NCBI GenBank assembly: GCA_043826565.1
Contig: JBDRPX010000034.1
Location: 1,096-65,095 of the forward strand
From: Candidatus Omnitrophota bacterium
GTDB taxonomy: Bacteria; Omnitrophota; Gorgyraeia; B26-G9
Length of the DNA stretch: 64,000 nt
Direction of reading: 5' to 3'
Shown here: positions 39,406-49,848 of the stretch, piece after piece
Numbering within the stretch: position 1 is the stretch's first letter
Layout: each line of letters begins with the position of its first letter
Program-made: the position numbers and the translations under genes
The notes under the pieces: generated by a model
What the model was told of the DNA's origin: nothing
The model's input: only the letters and a program-made list of their open reading frames with translations
The model's database searches: none

Positions 39406-40461
39406 CTATTCCTGAAAAAGCTTTCTATATTCTCCATAACCTTCTTTTTCTAAATCTTCTTGAGGAATAAAACGCAAAGCCGCGGAGTTCATGCAATAAC
39501 GCAATCCCGCTGGTTTGGGGCCGTCATCAAAAACATGGCCCAGATGCGAATCCGCGTTTTTGCTTCTGATCTCTGTTCTTACAGAAAACAAACTTCGGTC
39601 TTCTTTCTCCACAATATTAGCCGGCTCTAAAGGCTTGGTAAAACTTGGCCAGCCCGTACCGGACTTATATTTATCCAGCGAACTAAACAAAGGCTCTCCG
39701 GAAACAATATCAACATAAATACCTTCTTTTTTATTATCCCAGTATTCGTTTTTAAACGCCGGTTCTGTACCACACTCTTGAGTAACTCTATATTGCATTG
39801 GTGTAAGTTTTTTCTTAATTTTTACTTCCGGCGGTTCTTCATACTCCCCGAAGTTATTAACCGTCTTATCGCTCCATTTTTCTTTAATGAAATTCTCCCG
39901 GCCGGAACCTTTTTTATAAGCATTATATTTAAGCGGGCATGTTTTATAATAATTCTGATGATACCCTTCTGCCTTATAAAAAGCAGCTGCCTCTAGTATT
40001 TCCGTAACAACTGGTTTATCAAATATCCTTGATTCTTCGAGTTTTCTTTTTGACTCTTCCGCCAACTGTTTTTGCTCTTCATCCTGATAAAAAATAGCGG
40101 TCTTATATTGCGAACCTTTATCGGCAAATTGTCCGCTTGCGTCAGTCGGGTCAATCTGGCGCCAAAACACATCCAGAAGTTTCTCGTATGTTATTTTTGC
40201 CGGATCATATATCACCTGAACCGCTTCCATATGTCCGGTTTTACCCGAGGATACTTCTTCATATGAAGGATTTTCTTTCCGGCCGCCGGTATATCCCGAG
40301 ATAACTTCTTTTACGCCATCCAACTCCTCAAAAGGTGATTCCATACACCAGAAACATCCGCCGGCAAAAACCGCTTTATTCAACTCATTTGCAAATGAAT
40401 TAACCTGCATAAGCCCCCCCATGATTAAAAATAGGCTCACAAACCATAGTGCTTTTTTCAT
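39406..40461 (-). CDS. msrAB: Methionine sulfoxide reductase MsrA/MsrB fusion, exported
   Basis: [34 protein letters not shown]; signal peptide. Confidence 0.95.
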   Translation of the reverse strand: MKKALWFVSLFLIMGGLMQVNSFANELNKAVFAGGCFWCMESPFEELDGVKEVISGYTGGRKENPSYEEVSSGKTGHMEAVQVIYDPAKITYEKLLDVFWRQIDPTDASGQFADKGSQYKTAIFYQDEEQKQLAEESKRKLEESRIFDKPVVTEILEAAAFYKAEGYHQNYYKTCPLKYNAYKKGSGRENFIKEKWSDKTVNNFGEYEEPPEVKIKKKLTPMQYRVTQECGTEPAFKNEYWDNKKEGIYVDIVSGEPLFSSLDKYKSGTGWPSFTKPLEPANIVEKEDRSLFSVRTEIRSKNADSHLGHVFDDGPKPAGLRYCMNSAALRFIPQEDLEKEGYGEYRKLFQE

Positions 40462-40492
40462 TTAAAACTCCCCGCGGCATTAATTAAACTAA

Positions 40493-41173
40493 CTACTCAC
40501 AATCATCATCTAATTTTTCATAATGATGTTTTATAACTTTAGCATTGATCATGTAAACAACGTCCTCGGCAATATTGGTAGCATGATCACAAATTCTTTC
40601 TAAGTGGCGGGCAATCAGAAGCAGCGGCACTGCCCGCGTCGCGCTGGAAGCATCTTTACTCATGTAATCATTGATCAGCTCTTCCTGAATTAAATTCCTC
40701 AGATCATCCGCTTCGGAATCGGAAAGTATCACTTTTTTAGCTAAATTTTCGTCACTGTTTACAAAAGAATCAATAACATCTTTGACCATTCTTCTGGCAA
40801 CTTCAGTTAACTTAGGAATATCAATCAGCGGTTTTAATATCGGCTTATCGCTAAGTTCCAGAACCCGCTGGGCGATATTTACCGCCAGATCCGCGATTCT
40901 TTCTAACTCCGCGTTAACTTTCATTCCGGTGGTGATAAAACGCAGGTCGCGTGCCATAGGCTGATAGCGGGCGATCAGATCAATACATTTCTCATCTATT
41001 GCCAGCTCCAAGTTATCAATATCGGCATCTTTATCAATAATACTTCTGGCTACCTCAGCATCTCTGTTCTTCAATGCTTCAATAGATTTATAGATCGCTT
41101 CCTCAGCTAAAGCGCTCATCTTAAGAATATCTTTATTTAATTCTTTCAATTCCTGATCAAAATGTCTTTCCAT
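40493..41173 (-). CDS. phoU: Phosphate signalling protein PhoU (copy 2)
   Basis: QPMARDLR, ELERIADLA, LERICDHATNIAE. Confidence 0.95.
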   Translation of the reverse strand: MERHFDQELKELNKDILKMSALAEEAIYKSIEALKNRDAEVARSIIDKDADIDNLELAIDEKCIDLIARYQPMARDLRFITTGMKVNAELERIADLAVNIAQRVLELSDKPILKPLIDIPKLTEVARRMVKDVIDSFVNSDENLAKKVILSDSEADDLRNLIQEELINDYMSKDASSATRAVPLLLIARHLERICDHATNIAEDVVYMINAKVIKHHYEKLDDDCE

Positions 41174-41248
41174 AATAAACCCCTTCTTTTATCGGCTCTT
41201 TCGCAATTAATGTGATATTTTCTTTGTTTTTATTTTATAATCGATTGC

Positions 41249-41439
41249 CAAATCAAAATTCAAAAAGCAAAAGTCAAAAATACAAGGCAAAATTAAAAAG
41301 TTATTTACCCAATTTTTATTTTTCACTTAGCATTATTTTTCTTAAGAATTTTATACTCAATAATATTCAACAATTGTATCTTTAAACTTTTGATTTTTTA
41401 ATTGCACTTTTGAGTTTTGATCTTTGACTTTTGAATTTT
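41249..41439. repeat. Heptamer-armed inverted repeat element (TCAAAA / TTTTGA-type)
   Basis: Left arm caaaatt-caaaaag-caaaagt, right arm cttttga-gttttga-tctttga-cttttga; right arm nearly identical to 54709-54744. Confidence 0.75.
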
Positions 41440-42195
41440 CTATCCGTATCTTCCGGTAATATAATCTTCCGTACGTTTATCGCGCGGAGCATTGAATATT
41501 TTCTGAGTTTCCCCGGATTCGATTAACTCGCCTAAAAGCATAAAACCCGTATTATCGGAAACCCGCGCCGCCTGCTGCATATTATGCGTTACGATTATTA
41601 TAGTATACTTGCTCTTAAGTTCACGCATTAATTCCTCGACTCTCTCGGTTGCCTGCGGGTCCAAGGTCGAACAAGGCTCATCCATTAATAATACATCCGG
41701 CTTAACCGCGATCAGCCGGGCAATACAAAGCCTCTGTTTTTGTTCCAATGATAATTTCAAAGCCGGTTCATTAAGCTTGTCTTTTAATTCGTCCCACAAA
41801 AGCACATCGGAGAGGCTTCTTTCGACAATTTCATCTAACGTGTCTCTGGTTACTTTTTCGGCATGGATTTTTTCTCCAAAAACAATATTCTCATAAATTG
41901 ACAAGGGAAATGGATTAGGCCTTTGGAAGACCATTCCTACTTTTTTACGTAAAACAACCAGATCGGTATGAGCATCCAGAATATTCTCATCATCAATTAA
42001 AACTTCTCCCTGTGTACGCACTCCTTCGATCAGATCATTCATCCGATTAAACACCCGCAGTAATGTTGACTTACCGCAGCCCGAAGGCCCGATTATCGCC
42101 GTGATCCGGTTCTGCGCAAAAGACGAATTAATATTCTTTAAAGCCGGAAACGTCCCATACCAGAAATTTAAATTTTTAGTGATTATCTTTTGCAT
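41440..42195 (-). CDS. pstB: Phosphate ABC ATPase, degenerate signature motif
   Basis: [17 protein letters not shown], signature [22 protein letters not shown]. Confidence 0.92.
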   Translation of the reverse strand: MQKIITKNLNFWYGTFPALKNINSSFAQNRITAIIGPSGCGKSTLLRVFNRMNDLIEGVRTQGEVLIDDENILDAHTDLVVLRKKVGMVFQRPNPFPLSIYENIVFGEKIHAEKVTRDTLDEIVERSLSDVLLWDELKDKLNEPALKLSLEQKQRLCIARLIAVKPDVLLMDEPCSTLDPQATERVEELMRELKSKYTIIIVTHNMQQAARVSDNTGFMLLGELIESGETQKIFNAPRDKRTEDYITGRYG

Positions 42196-42941
42196 TATCC
42201 GAACTTTCCTCTGATATAACCATCAGTACGTTTGTCGTGCGGAGCAGTAAACATCTTATCGGTCTTATCCAGTTCGATAAGCTCCCCATTTAGAAAAAAA
42301 GCAGTTCGATCTCCTACTCTCGCTGCTTGCTTCACATTATTAGTTACTAAAACAATAGTGTATTTTTGTTTTAATTTAACCATAGCCTCTTCGACCTTTG
42401 CCGTAGAAATAGGGTCCAGCCCGGAGCAAGGCTCATCAAATAAGATAACTTCCGGCTCAACCGCCAGAGTTCTGGCGATACAAAGCCGCTGCTGCTGGCC
42501 CCCAGATAATTTAAAAGCTGATTCATTTAATCTATCCTTAACCTCTTCCCAAAGATAAGACTCCTGCAAAGACTGCTCTACTTTATTTTTCAATGTTTTT
42601 TTATTATCCAAGCCATGCATTCTTACTCCATAAGCCACATTATCAAAAATTGACAAAGGCAACGGCAAAGGCAAGGCAAATACCATCCCCACCCGCTTAC
42701 GCAGTAATTCCGCATTAATTTCTTTTATATCTTGATTTTCCAGTTTTACTGTTCCGGTCATCTTTAAATTTTGATTTAAATCATTCAAGCGATTAAGCAT
42801 TCTCAAAAAAGTTGTCTTACCGCTGTTAGACGGCCCGATAATGCTTAAAATTTCATTTGCTTGAATTTGCAAATTTATATGTTTCAAGGCAGCTACAGAA
42901 TCAAACCAAATATTAAGGTCTTGGATATCAAACTTTACCAT
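42195..42941 (-). CDS. pstB: Phosphate ABC ATPase, degenerate Q- and H-loops
   Basis: [38 protein letters not shown]. Confidence 0.9.
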   Translation of the reverse strand: MVKFDIQDLNIWFDSVAALKHINLQIQANEILSIIGPSNSGKTTFLRMLNRLNDLNQNLKMTGTVKLENQDIKEINAELLRKRVGMVFALPLPLPLSIFDNVAYGVRMHGLDNKKTLKNKVEQSLQESYLWEEVKDRLNESAFKLSGGQQQRLCIARTLAVEPEVILFDEPCSGLDPISTAKVEEAMVKLKQKYTIVLVTNNVKQAARVGDRTAFFLNGELIELDKTDKMFTAPHDKRTDGYIRGKFG

Positions 42942-43783
42942 TTTTTCTTCTTCCTGAATTTAGTCCGGATAACTATTCCCACTAAATTCATGCATAAAAC
43001 TAAAGCTAATAAAACAAACGCTGTCCCATACCTTATTTTCTCATCGACATTAGGCACCTGAGTAGAAATAACATACAGATGATACGGCAATGCCATGGCC
43101 TGATCAAAAATTGACTTTGGTAAACGCGGCAGATAAAAAGCCGCCACAGTAAAAAGGATCGGCGCGGTTTCTCCCGCGGCCCGGCCTAAACCTAAAATAG
43201 TTCCGGTTAATATACCAGGTATGGCATTGGGCAACACAATGTGCCGAATAGTCTGCCATTTACTCGCACCTAAAGATAAGCTTACCTCGCGAAAAGAATC
43301 CGGCACACTTTCTAAAGCTTCGCGCGAAGTAGTAATGATCACCGGCAGAATCATGATTCCCAAAGTAAGAGAACCAGAGAGAATCGATGCTCCGAATTTG
43401 AAAAATACCACAAAAAGCGCTAAGCCGAAAAGTCCGTAAACTACCGATGGTACTCCGGAAAGATTGACAATTGCCAGACGAATAATCCGGGTAAGTATAT
43501 TATCTTTGGAATATTCACTTAAATATATCGCGGCCAAAAGCCCTATAGGCAAAGCAAAAAGAATCGCTCCGCTAACTAAATATAATGTTCCGACTATTGC
43601 CGGAAATATTCCTCCGGCGCGCATACCCTGCCGAGGCATAGCCGAAAGAAATTCCCAGCTAATCCCGGGTAATCCTTTTTGAATAATAATAACCACGATC
43701 ATCCCTACCGGAACTACGATTAAAAGTGTGGCTAAGAGTAATAAGAAAAAAGCGATTTTTTGAGTTCGATGCGGGTTTCGCAT
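42935..43783 (-). CDS. pstA: Phosphate ABC permease PstA
   Basis: [34 protein letters not shown]. Confidence 0.93.
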   Translation of the reverse strand: MRNPHRTQKIAFFLLLLATLLIVVPVGMIVVIIIQKGLPGISWEFLSAMPRQGMRAGGIFPAIVGTLYLVSGAILFALPIGLLAAIYLSEYSKDNILTRIIRLAIVNLSGVPSVVYGLFGLALFVVFFKFGASILSGSLTLGIMILPVIITTSREALESVPDSFREVSLSLGASKWQTIRHIVLPNAIPGILTGTILGLGRAAGETAPILFTVAAFYLPRLPKSIFDQAMALPYHLYVISTQVPNVDEKIRYGTAFVLLALVLCMNLVGIVIRTKFRKKKKW

Positions 43784-44646
43784 TATTGTCCTTTATGTAA
43801 AAACAGATCCGCGGTTACATTTATCGCAAAACTGATAACAAACAAAACTATACCGATAGCAAATAAAGCAAAATAATGTTCACTGCCGACAACAGCTTCT
43901 CCCATTTCCGCGGCAATTGTCGCAGTCAGAGTTCTCACCGGAGCTAAAATACTATTGGGAATAACCGCAGCATTACCTGTAATCATCATTACTGCCATTG
44001 TTTCCCCAATTACCCTACCGATGCCTAGCATGATTGCGGCCAAAATACCGCTGGAAGCTGCCGGAAGCATTACCCTCCAGATGGTCTGCCATTGAGTCGC
44101 GCCTAAAGCTAATGCACCTTCCTTATATGTTTTGGGAACTGAATATAAAGCATCCTCGGCAATGGAAACTATGGTCGGCATAGCCATAAAAGCCAGCATT
44201 ATTGAACCGGATAAAGCAGTTAAGCCGGTGGGTAAATGAAATACGTTCTTTACTAAAGGCACTAAAGTTACCATGCCGATAAAACCTAAGACAACACTGG
44301 GAATAGCAGCCAATAATTCAATCCCAGCCTTAAGAATCTCTTTGATTTTTAAAGGAGCGATTTCTGCAATATAAATCGCACAGCCAACTCCAATGGGAAT
44401 TGAAATAATTGCCGCGCCCACTGTAATTAAAAAAGAACCCAGAATCAAAGGCAGAATACCTAATTGCGGCGGTTCAGAAATAGGATACCAGCTCTTACCT
44501 AAAAGAAACTTAAAAGGGCTGACTATTTTAAATACCGCAATTCCTTCTCTAAGTAGAAAAAGGAAAATCAAAACCACAAAGAATATGGAAGCTATTCCGC
44601 AGAGAAGTATAAGTTTCTCAATAATAAATTCTTTAAGTTTACGCAC
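43783..44646 (-). CDS. pstC: Phosphate ABC permease PstC
   Basis: ELLAAIPSVVLG, GRVIGETMAV, TLTATIAAEMGE. Confidence 0.93.
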   Translation of the reverse strand: MRKLKEFIIEKLILLCGIASIFFVVLIFLFLLREGIAVFKIVSPFKFLLGKSWYPISEPPQLGILPLILGSFLITVGAAIISIPIGVGCAIYIAEIAPLKIKEILKAGIELLAAIPSVVLGFIGMVTLVPLVKNVFHLPTGLTALSGSIMLAFMAMPTIVSIAEDALYSVPKTYKEGALALGATQWQTIWRVMLPAASSGILAAIMLGIGRVIGETMAVMMITGNAAVIPNSILAPVRTLTATIAAEMGEAVVGSEHYFALFAIGIVLFVISFAINVTADLFLHKGQ

Positions 44647-44659
44647 AAAGCTCCTTGAG

Positions 44660-45535
44660 TTATCTACTCACCGGCACAAAATCAGTTGCTAAGACAATAT
44701 CCTGGCCTTCTTTCGAAAGCGCAAAATCCACGAATTTTTTTACCAGGCCTTTAGGAGTATCATTGGTGTAAAGAAATAAAGGCCGCGATATGGGATATTT
44801 ACCGTTTACGACATTTTCAATCAACGGAGAAACATACTCTGATTTTTCATCTTGCGCTACAGCCAAAGCTTTTTGTTTTGGAGAAATATAGCCCATTCCA
44901 TAATATCCAATAGCCGTTGGATTACCCTCAACTTCATCAGCAATAGCCTGTGAAGAAGAAAGCAGTAAAGCCGCAGGAGCAAATTCTTCTTTCCGAGTCG
45001 AGTCATTATTTCTTAATACATGTTCTTTAAAATAAACATGTGTTCCGGAATTAACTTCGCGCGAAAGAATAACTATTTTTGCATCCATGCCGCCAAGCTC
45101 TTTCCAATTCATGATTTTACCGGTAAAAATTCCCGCTAACTGGTCAATGGTAAGTTTGCTCACCGGATTATTCGGATTGACCACAACCGCCAGCCCATCC
45201 AAACCAACTTTAATCTCATTCGGTTTTATTCCTCTTTGATTAGCTAAAGTAATTTCTTTCCCTTTAATATTTCTGGAAGCCATGGCAATCTCACAAGTCC
45301 CACTGATCAGACTAGCCAGGCCAGTACCAGATCCTCCTCCGGTAACCGCAATAAAATCTGCGGGATTTTTATCCATATATTCTTCAGCCCAGGCCTGCCC
45401 CAGATTTACCATAGTATCCGAACCTTTAACCTGGATCATATCCTCGGCATATACAAAACTACTACACAACACCAAACTTATTATTAAACCTATTAAACCA
45501 ATCCTAATTTTTTTCATTATCTCCCCTTTCTTCAA
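44660..45535 (-). CDS. pstS: Phosphate-binding protein PstS
   Basis: KGSDTM, GGGSGTG, SREVNSGT, YPISRPL. Confidence 0.93.
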   Translation of the reverse strand: MKKGEIMKKIRIGLIGLIISLVLCSSFVYAEDMIQVKGSDTMVNLGQAWAEEYMDKNPADFIAVTGGGSGTGLASLISGTCEIAMASRNIKGKEITLANQRGIKPNEIKVGLDGLAVVVNPNNPVSKLTIDQLAGIFTGKIMNWKELGGMDAKIVILSREVNSGTHVYFKEHVLRNNDSTRKEEFAPAALLLSSSQAIADEVEGNPTAIGYYGMGYISPKQKALAVAQDEKSEYVSPLIENVVNGKYPISRPLFLYTNDTPKGLVKKFVDFALSKEGQDIVLATDFVPVSR

Positions 45536-45580
45536 AGTCTAAATACAATATTTAATATTTAATTTATTGTATTAGGCGAT

Positions 45581-45610
45581 TGTGACAATTGTGTGACAAT
45601 TGTGTGACAA
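45581..45610 (-). promoter_or_regulatory. Pho box upstream of the second pstS
   Basis: TGTGACAA at 45581, 45592 and 45603 (11-bp period; TTGTCACA on the coding strand). Confidence 0.8.
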
Positions 45611-45638
45611 GTTTAAGGAGATAAGGATCGGTTATATT

Positions 45639-46304
45639 TTACAATTCTTCATAATGATGTTTGATGACTTTTGCATTGATCATGTAAACAACGTCCTCGG
45701 CAATATTGGTAGCATGATCGCAAATTCTTTCTAAATGGCGGGCAATCAACAATAAAGGAACTGCCCGGGTAGCAGTAGCGGCGTCTTTACTCATATAATC
45801 ATTGATCAGCTCTTCCTGAATTAAATTCCTCAGATCATCCGCCTGAGAATCGGAAAGTATCACTTGCTTAGCTAAATTTTCGTTTTTATTAACAAAAGCA
45901 TCAATAACATCTTTGACCATTTTCCTGGCTACCTCAGTCAATTTCGGAATATCGATCAGCGGTTTTAATATCGGCTTATCACTAAGTTCTATTACCCGCT
46001 GGGATATGTTTACGGCCAGGTCCGCGATCCGCTCTAATTCCGCATTGATCTTCATCCCGGTAGTTATAAACCTCAGATCCCGCGCTATAGGCTGCTGTAA
46101 AGCCAAAAGAGAGATTGCTGTTTCTTCCACGGCTAATTCTAACTCATCGACCTTTTGGTCATTTTGAATTACGGACTGGGCTAATTCCATATCCCTGTTC
46201 TTTAATGCCTCTACAGATTTGAATATCGCCTCTTCCGCAAGAACCGCCATTTTTAAAATATCCATATTTAATTTTTTCAGATCATCATCAAAATGCCTTT
46301 TCAT
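45639..46304 (-). CDS. phoU: Phosphate signalling protein PhoU (copy 1)
   Basis: QPIARDLR, ELERIADLA, LERICDHATNIAE. Confidence 0.95.
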   Translation of the reverse strand: MKRHFDDDLKKLNMDILKMAVLAEEAIFKSVEALKNRDMELAQSVIQNDQKVDELELAVEETAISLLALQQPIARDLRFITTGMKINAELERIADLAVNISQRVIELSDKPILKPLIDIPKLTEVARKMVKDVIDAFVNKNENLAKQVILSDSQADDLRNLIQEELINDYMSKDAATATRAVPLLLIARHLERICDHATNIAEDVVYMINAKVIKHHYEEL

Positions 46305-46317
46305 AAAACCCCTTTTC

Positions 46318-47121
46318 TTATCCGAATCTTCCGGTTATATAGTCTTCCGTAATTTTTTTAGACGGCTTAGTAAAGATCGTACTGGTGATATTATATTCAA
46401 TTAATTCTCCCATCATGAAAAATGCCGTATAATCGGAGATCCGCGCCGCCTGCTGCATATTATGGGTGACAATGATTATGGTATATTTTTTCTTTAATTC
46501 GTGAATTAATTCTTCCACTTTCGCTGTCGCGATCGGATCAAGCGCGGAAGCCGGCTCATCCAGCAGTAATATTTCCGGTTCCACGGCCAATGCCCGCGCG
46601 ATACATAACCTTTGCTGCTGGCCTCCGGATAAATCAAAAGCGCTCCGGTTAAGCCGGTCCTTTACTTCTGTCCACAAAGCCGCGTCTTTTAAACTCTTTT
46701 CTACTTTCTGAACAATATAATCTTCGTCTTTTATTCCGTTAACTCTCAAGCCGTAGGCAACATTCTCAAAAATTGATTTTGGGAAAGGGTTAGATTTCTG
46801 AAAAACCATTCCTACATTACGCCTTAGATCCACAACATCAATTTCTTTAGTAAAAATATTATCTCCGTCTATCTTGATCGCTCCTTCATAACGTATCCCG
46901 GGGATCGTATCATTCATCCGGTTAAAACAACGCAAAAATGTAGACTTACCGCATCCGGACGGGCCGATAATTCCCACGACAACATTTTCCTTGATATCGA
47001 GACTGATCCCTGCAAGCGCCTGTACGGATTCATAATAAAAACTAAAATCACTTACAATAATTTTTGTTTTATTGTTCTTAATATTGCTCGTCGCGCTTGC
47101 CCGGGAAATGGATATACTCAT
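46318..47121 (-). CDS. pstB: Phosphate ABC ATPase (canonical)
   Basis: [41 protein letters not shown]. Confidence 0.95.
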   Translation of the reverse strand: MSISISRASATSNIKNNKTKIIVSDFSFYYESVQALAGISLDIKENVVVGIIGPSGCGKSTFLRCFNRMNDTIPGIRYEGAIKIDGDNIFTKEIDVVDLRRNVGMVFQKSNPFPKSIFENVAYGLRVNGIKDEDYIVQKVEKSLKDAALWTEVKDRLNRSAFDLSGGQQQRLCIARALAVEPEILLLDEPASALDPIATAKVEELIHELKKKYTIIIVTHNMQQAARISDYTAFFMMGELIEYNITSTIFTKPSKKITEDYITGRFG

Positions 47122-47972
47122 TTAATTTTTACCTTTCTTAACTTATACCTTGTAAGTATTGCGAAAAAATTCATACAAAAGATCAAAGCGATCAAAACCA
47201 GTGCCGTGCCGTAAGCTAAAGGCCGCACTTTTTCGATCGCGTGATGCTGTGTCGCCATAATATAGAGATGATACGGTAAAGCCATAAATTGATCGGAAAA
47301 TGATTTTGGTAAGAACGGCAGAAAAAAAGCCGCTCCGGTAAATAAGATCGGCGCGGTCTCACCGGCCGCGCGGGAAAGCCCCAAGATCGTTCCGGTCAGC
47401 ATCCCCGGGATCGAATAAGGCAGAACATTGGTACGGATCGACTGCCATTTTGTAGCGCCTAAGGCCAAGGCTCCGTCACGATATGCCTGCGGGACATTTT
47501 TTAATGCTTCTTCACTGGCGGTAATTGTCCAGGGAAGGGTCATCAGCCCGAGGGTTAAACCCGCGGATAAAATTGAGGTATTTAACCGCATTAACTGAAC
47601 AAACAAAACAACTCCAAAAAGCCCGTAAACGATCGAAGGCACTCCGGATAAATTACGTATCGACATCCGGATCAAGCGGGTGATCCTGCCCTTTTTTGCG
47701 TATTCATGCAGATAAATAGCACAGCCCATGCCTAAAGGAATGGATAGAACCGCGGTAATTAATGTAACCAGGAACGTTCCCACAATTGCCGGGAATATTC
47801 CTCCTTCGGTCATGCCTTTTCTGGGCATAGCGCTTAAAAATTCCCAGTTTATAACTCCCGCTCCTTTTTTAAAAATATCATTAAGGATCACCGCTAAAAT
47901 AAAGATAACGATCCCCATACAAACTCTTAAGAGAAGAAATCCGAAAAATTGTTCTGTTTTACGATTTTTCAT
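47118..47972 (-). CDS. pstA: Phosphate ABC permease PstA
   Basis: [33 protein letters not shown]. Confidence 0.93.
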   Translation of the reverse strand: MKNRKTEQFFGFLLLRVCMGIVIFILAVILNDIFKKGAGVINWEFLSAMPRKGMTEGGIFPAIVGTFLVTLITAVLSIPLGMGCAIYLHEYAKKGRITRLIRMSIRNLSGVPSIVYGLFGVVLFVQLMRLNTSILSAGLTLGLMTLPWTITASEEALKNVPQAYRDGALALGATKWQSIRTNVLPYSIPGMLTGTILGLSRAAGETAPILFTGAAFFLPFLPKSFSDQFMALPYHLYIMATQHHAIEKVRPLAYGTALVLIALIFCMNFFAILTRYKLRKVKIK

Positions 47973-48889
47973 CGGTTCACCTTTTCGTATTTATTTAAAA
48001 TAATATCCGATGATAAATTTACAAGAAATGTAATAATAAATAAGACCAATCCTAAAGCAAACAAAGCATAATAATGCGTAGTATTATAGGCCACTTCTCC
48101 TAATTCAATGGCAATTGATGAGGTTAATGTCCGTACCGGGCCTAAAAAGCTTTCCGGCATAGCCGGAGCGCATCCGGTAGCCATAAGCACAGTCATTGTC
48201 TCTCCGATTGCGCGGCCCATTCCCAGCATACAAGCGGCAATGATCCCGGACAGTCCAGCGGGTATTTTCACCAAGATAACTGTCTGCCATTTTGTAGCGC
48301 CTAAAGCTAAGGAAGCCTGATAATACGAATCCGGAATATTTGTTAATGTATCCTCAGAAATACTAATGATCGTCGGCAAAGACATGACCGCCAAAAGGAT
48401 CGAACCGTTCAATCCATTTAGCCCGTTATGCGTGCCGAAGACCTTCGCGAGGACCGGGCCGAGCAGAACTATGCCCAGGAATCCGATAACCACAGACGGA
48501 ATACCCGCAAGAATCTCGATTATCGGCTTAGCGATCTCCCTGACCCTGGGACTGGCAACATCGGATAAATATGCTGCTGTACCAACCCCTAGCGGGATCG
48601 CAATGATCAAAGCGCCTAAAGTAACCATTAACGTACTCAGCAGCATGGGAATGATCCCGTATTCTTCTTTAACATATGAAGTTGGATTCCATTGACTGCC
48701 AAGCAGAAAATCCTTTAGATTTATCTCCTGAAAAGCCGGGATAGATGTAAATATCAAAAGCGTAAATATTCCGATCATCACAATAACGGAAATAATCCCG
48801 TTAAAGAAGAAAAAACCATGGATAAGCTTTTCCTGTAAAGCTCTGCTTATCCATGGTTTTCTTTTATTTCTTCCCAAAACATTCTGCAT
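47969..48889 (-). CDS. pstC: Phosphate ABC permease PstC
   Basis: EILAGIPSVVIG, GRAIGETMTV, TLTSSIAIELGE. Confidence 0.93.
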   Translation of the reverse strand: MQNVLGRNKRKPWISRALQEKLIHGFFFFNGIISVIVMIGIFTLLIFTSIPAFQEINLKDFLLGSQWNPTSYVKEEYGIIPMLLSTLMVTLGALIIAIPLGVGTAAYLSDVASPRVREIAKPIIEILAGIPSVVIGFLGIVLLGPVLAKVFGTHNGLNGLNGSILLAVMSLPTIISISEDTLTNIPDSYYQASLALGATKWQTVILVKIPAGLSGIIAACMLGMGRAIGETMTVLMATGCAPAMPESFLGPVRTLTSSIAIELGEVAYNTTHYYALFALGLVLFIITFLVNLSSDIILNKYEKVNR

Positions 48890-48893
48890 TTAT

Positions 48894-49772
48894 TTATAAT
48901 CCTACTTTAGAATTCAATTCCTCATACTCCTGCGGGATCTGAAAAAAACCTTCCTCTTCAACAATTTCCTGTCCCTGCGCGCTTAACTCAAACGCGAGAA
49001 AAGCTTTTACCGCCCCGGTTGGAGTTCCATTGATATATTGATTCAAAGGACGGGATATCGGGTAGTTGCCGCTTTTAACATCAGCTCCGTTTAGCGGACT
49101 GGCATAAACTCCGCCGGCCCGGGCCGCGACTTTCAGCACATTTAAACCTGTCGCTTCTTTAACATAACCAACCCCCACATAACCGATACCGGAACGATCC
49201 TGTTTCACCGCTTCCACGATCTGAGCGTTTCCGTTCATTCTATTCATTTTCTGGGAATAATCACCTTTTAAAACAGCGTCCCTGAAGAAAACAAATGTCC
49301 CGGAATTAGACTGGCGTCCGTATAAGGTTATGGACATATCTGCTCCGCCGACTTCCTTCCAGTTAGTTACTTCTCCCCGGAAAATTTTGCCGATCTGATC
49401 TACAGTCAGCTGGGTTACAGAACTGCTGCCATTGGTAATTACACTCAACCCGTCCATCGCGATAACAACACGATTGACCTGAACTCCGTTATCTGTAGCC
49501 TGAGCAACTTCTGTTGATTTCATTAATCGGGACGCATTAGCGATATCACACTTTTTATTGATCAGCGCGGCAACACCTGTTCCTGATCCGCCTCCGGTAA
49601 CCGCTATATACTGGCCGGGATATTCTTCCATGTAAATTTCCGACAATCTCTGCACCAGGTTTATTAATGTATCCGAACCTTTGATCTGTAACATATTTTC
49701 GGCATACGCGAAACTGTTCATAAGCATTAAGCTGATGACTAAGCCGGCGAGCCCTATACTAAGTTTTTTCAT
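48894..49772 (-). CDS. pstS: Phosphate-binding protein PstS
   Basis: KGSDTL, GGGSGTG, GRQSNSGT, YPISRPL. Confidence 0.93.
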   Translation of the reverse strand: MKKLSIGLAGLVISLMLMNSFAYAENMLQIKGSDTLINLVQRLSEIYMEEYPGQYIAVTGGGSGTGVAALINKKCDIANASRLMKSTEVAQATDNGVQVNRVVIAMDGLSVITNGSSSVTQLTVDQIGKIFRGEVTNWKEVGGADMSITLYGRQSNSGTFVFFRDAVLKGDYSQKMNRMNGNAQIVEAVKQDRSGIGYVGVGYVKEATGLNVLKVAARAGGVYASPLNGADVKSGNYPISRPLNQYINGTPTGAVKAFLAFELSAQGQEIVEEEGFFQIPQEYEELNSKVGL

Positions 49773-49814
49773 TTTATTCTTCTCCTGTTAATAAGTTTAC
49801 TTTGTTATTGTTAT

Positions 49815-49842
49815 AGTAGTGTTACATCGCCGCAACACTACT
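49815..49842. terminator. Intergenic stem-loop between porin and pstS
   Basis: AGTAGTGTT / AACACTACT 9-bp stem; no clear U-tract, so it may be an mRNA stabiliser. Confidence 0.4.
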
Positions 49843-49848
49843 GTTACG

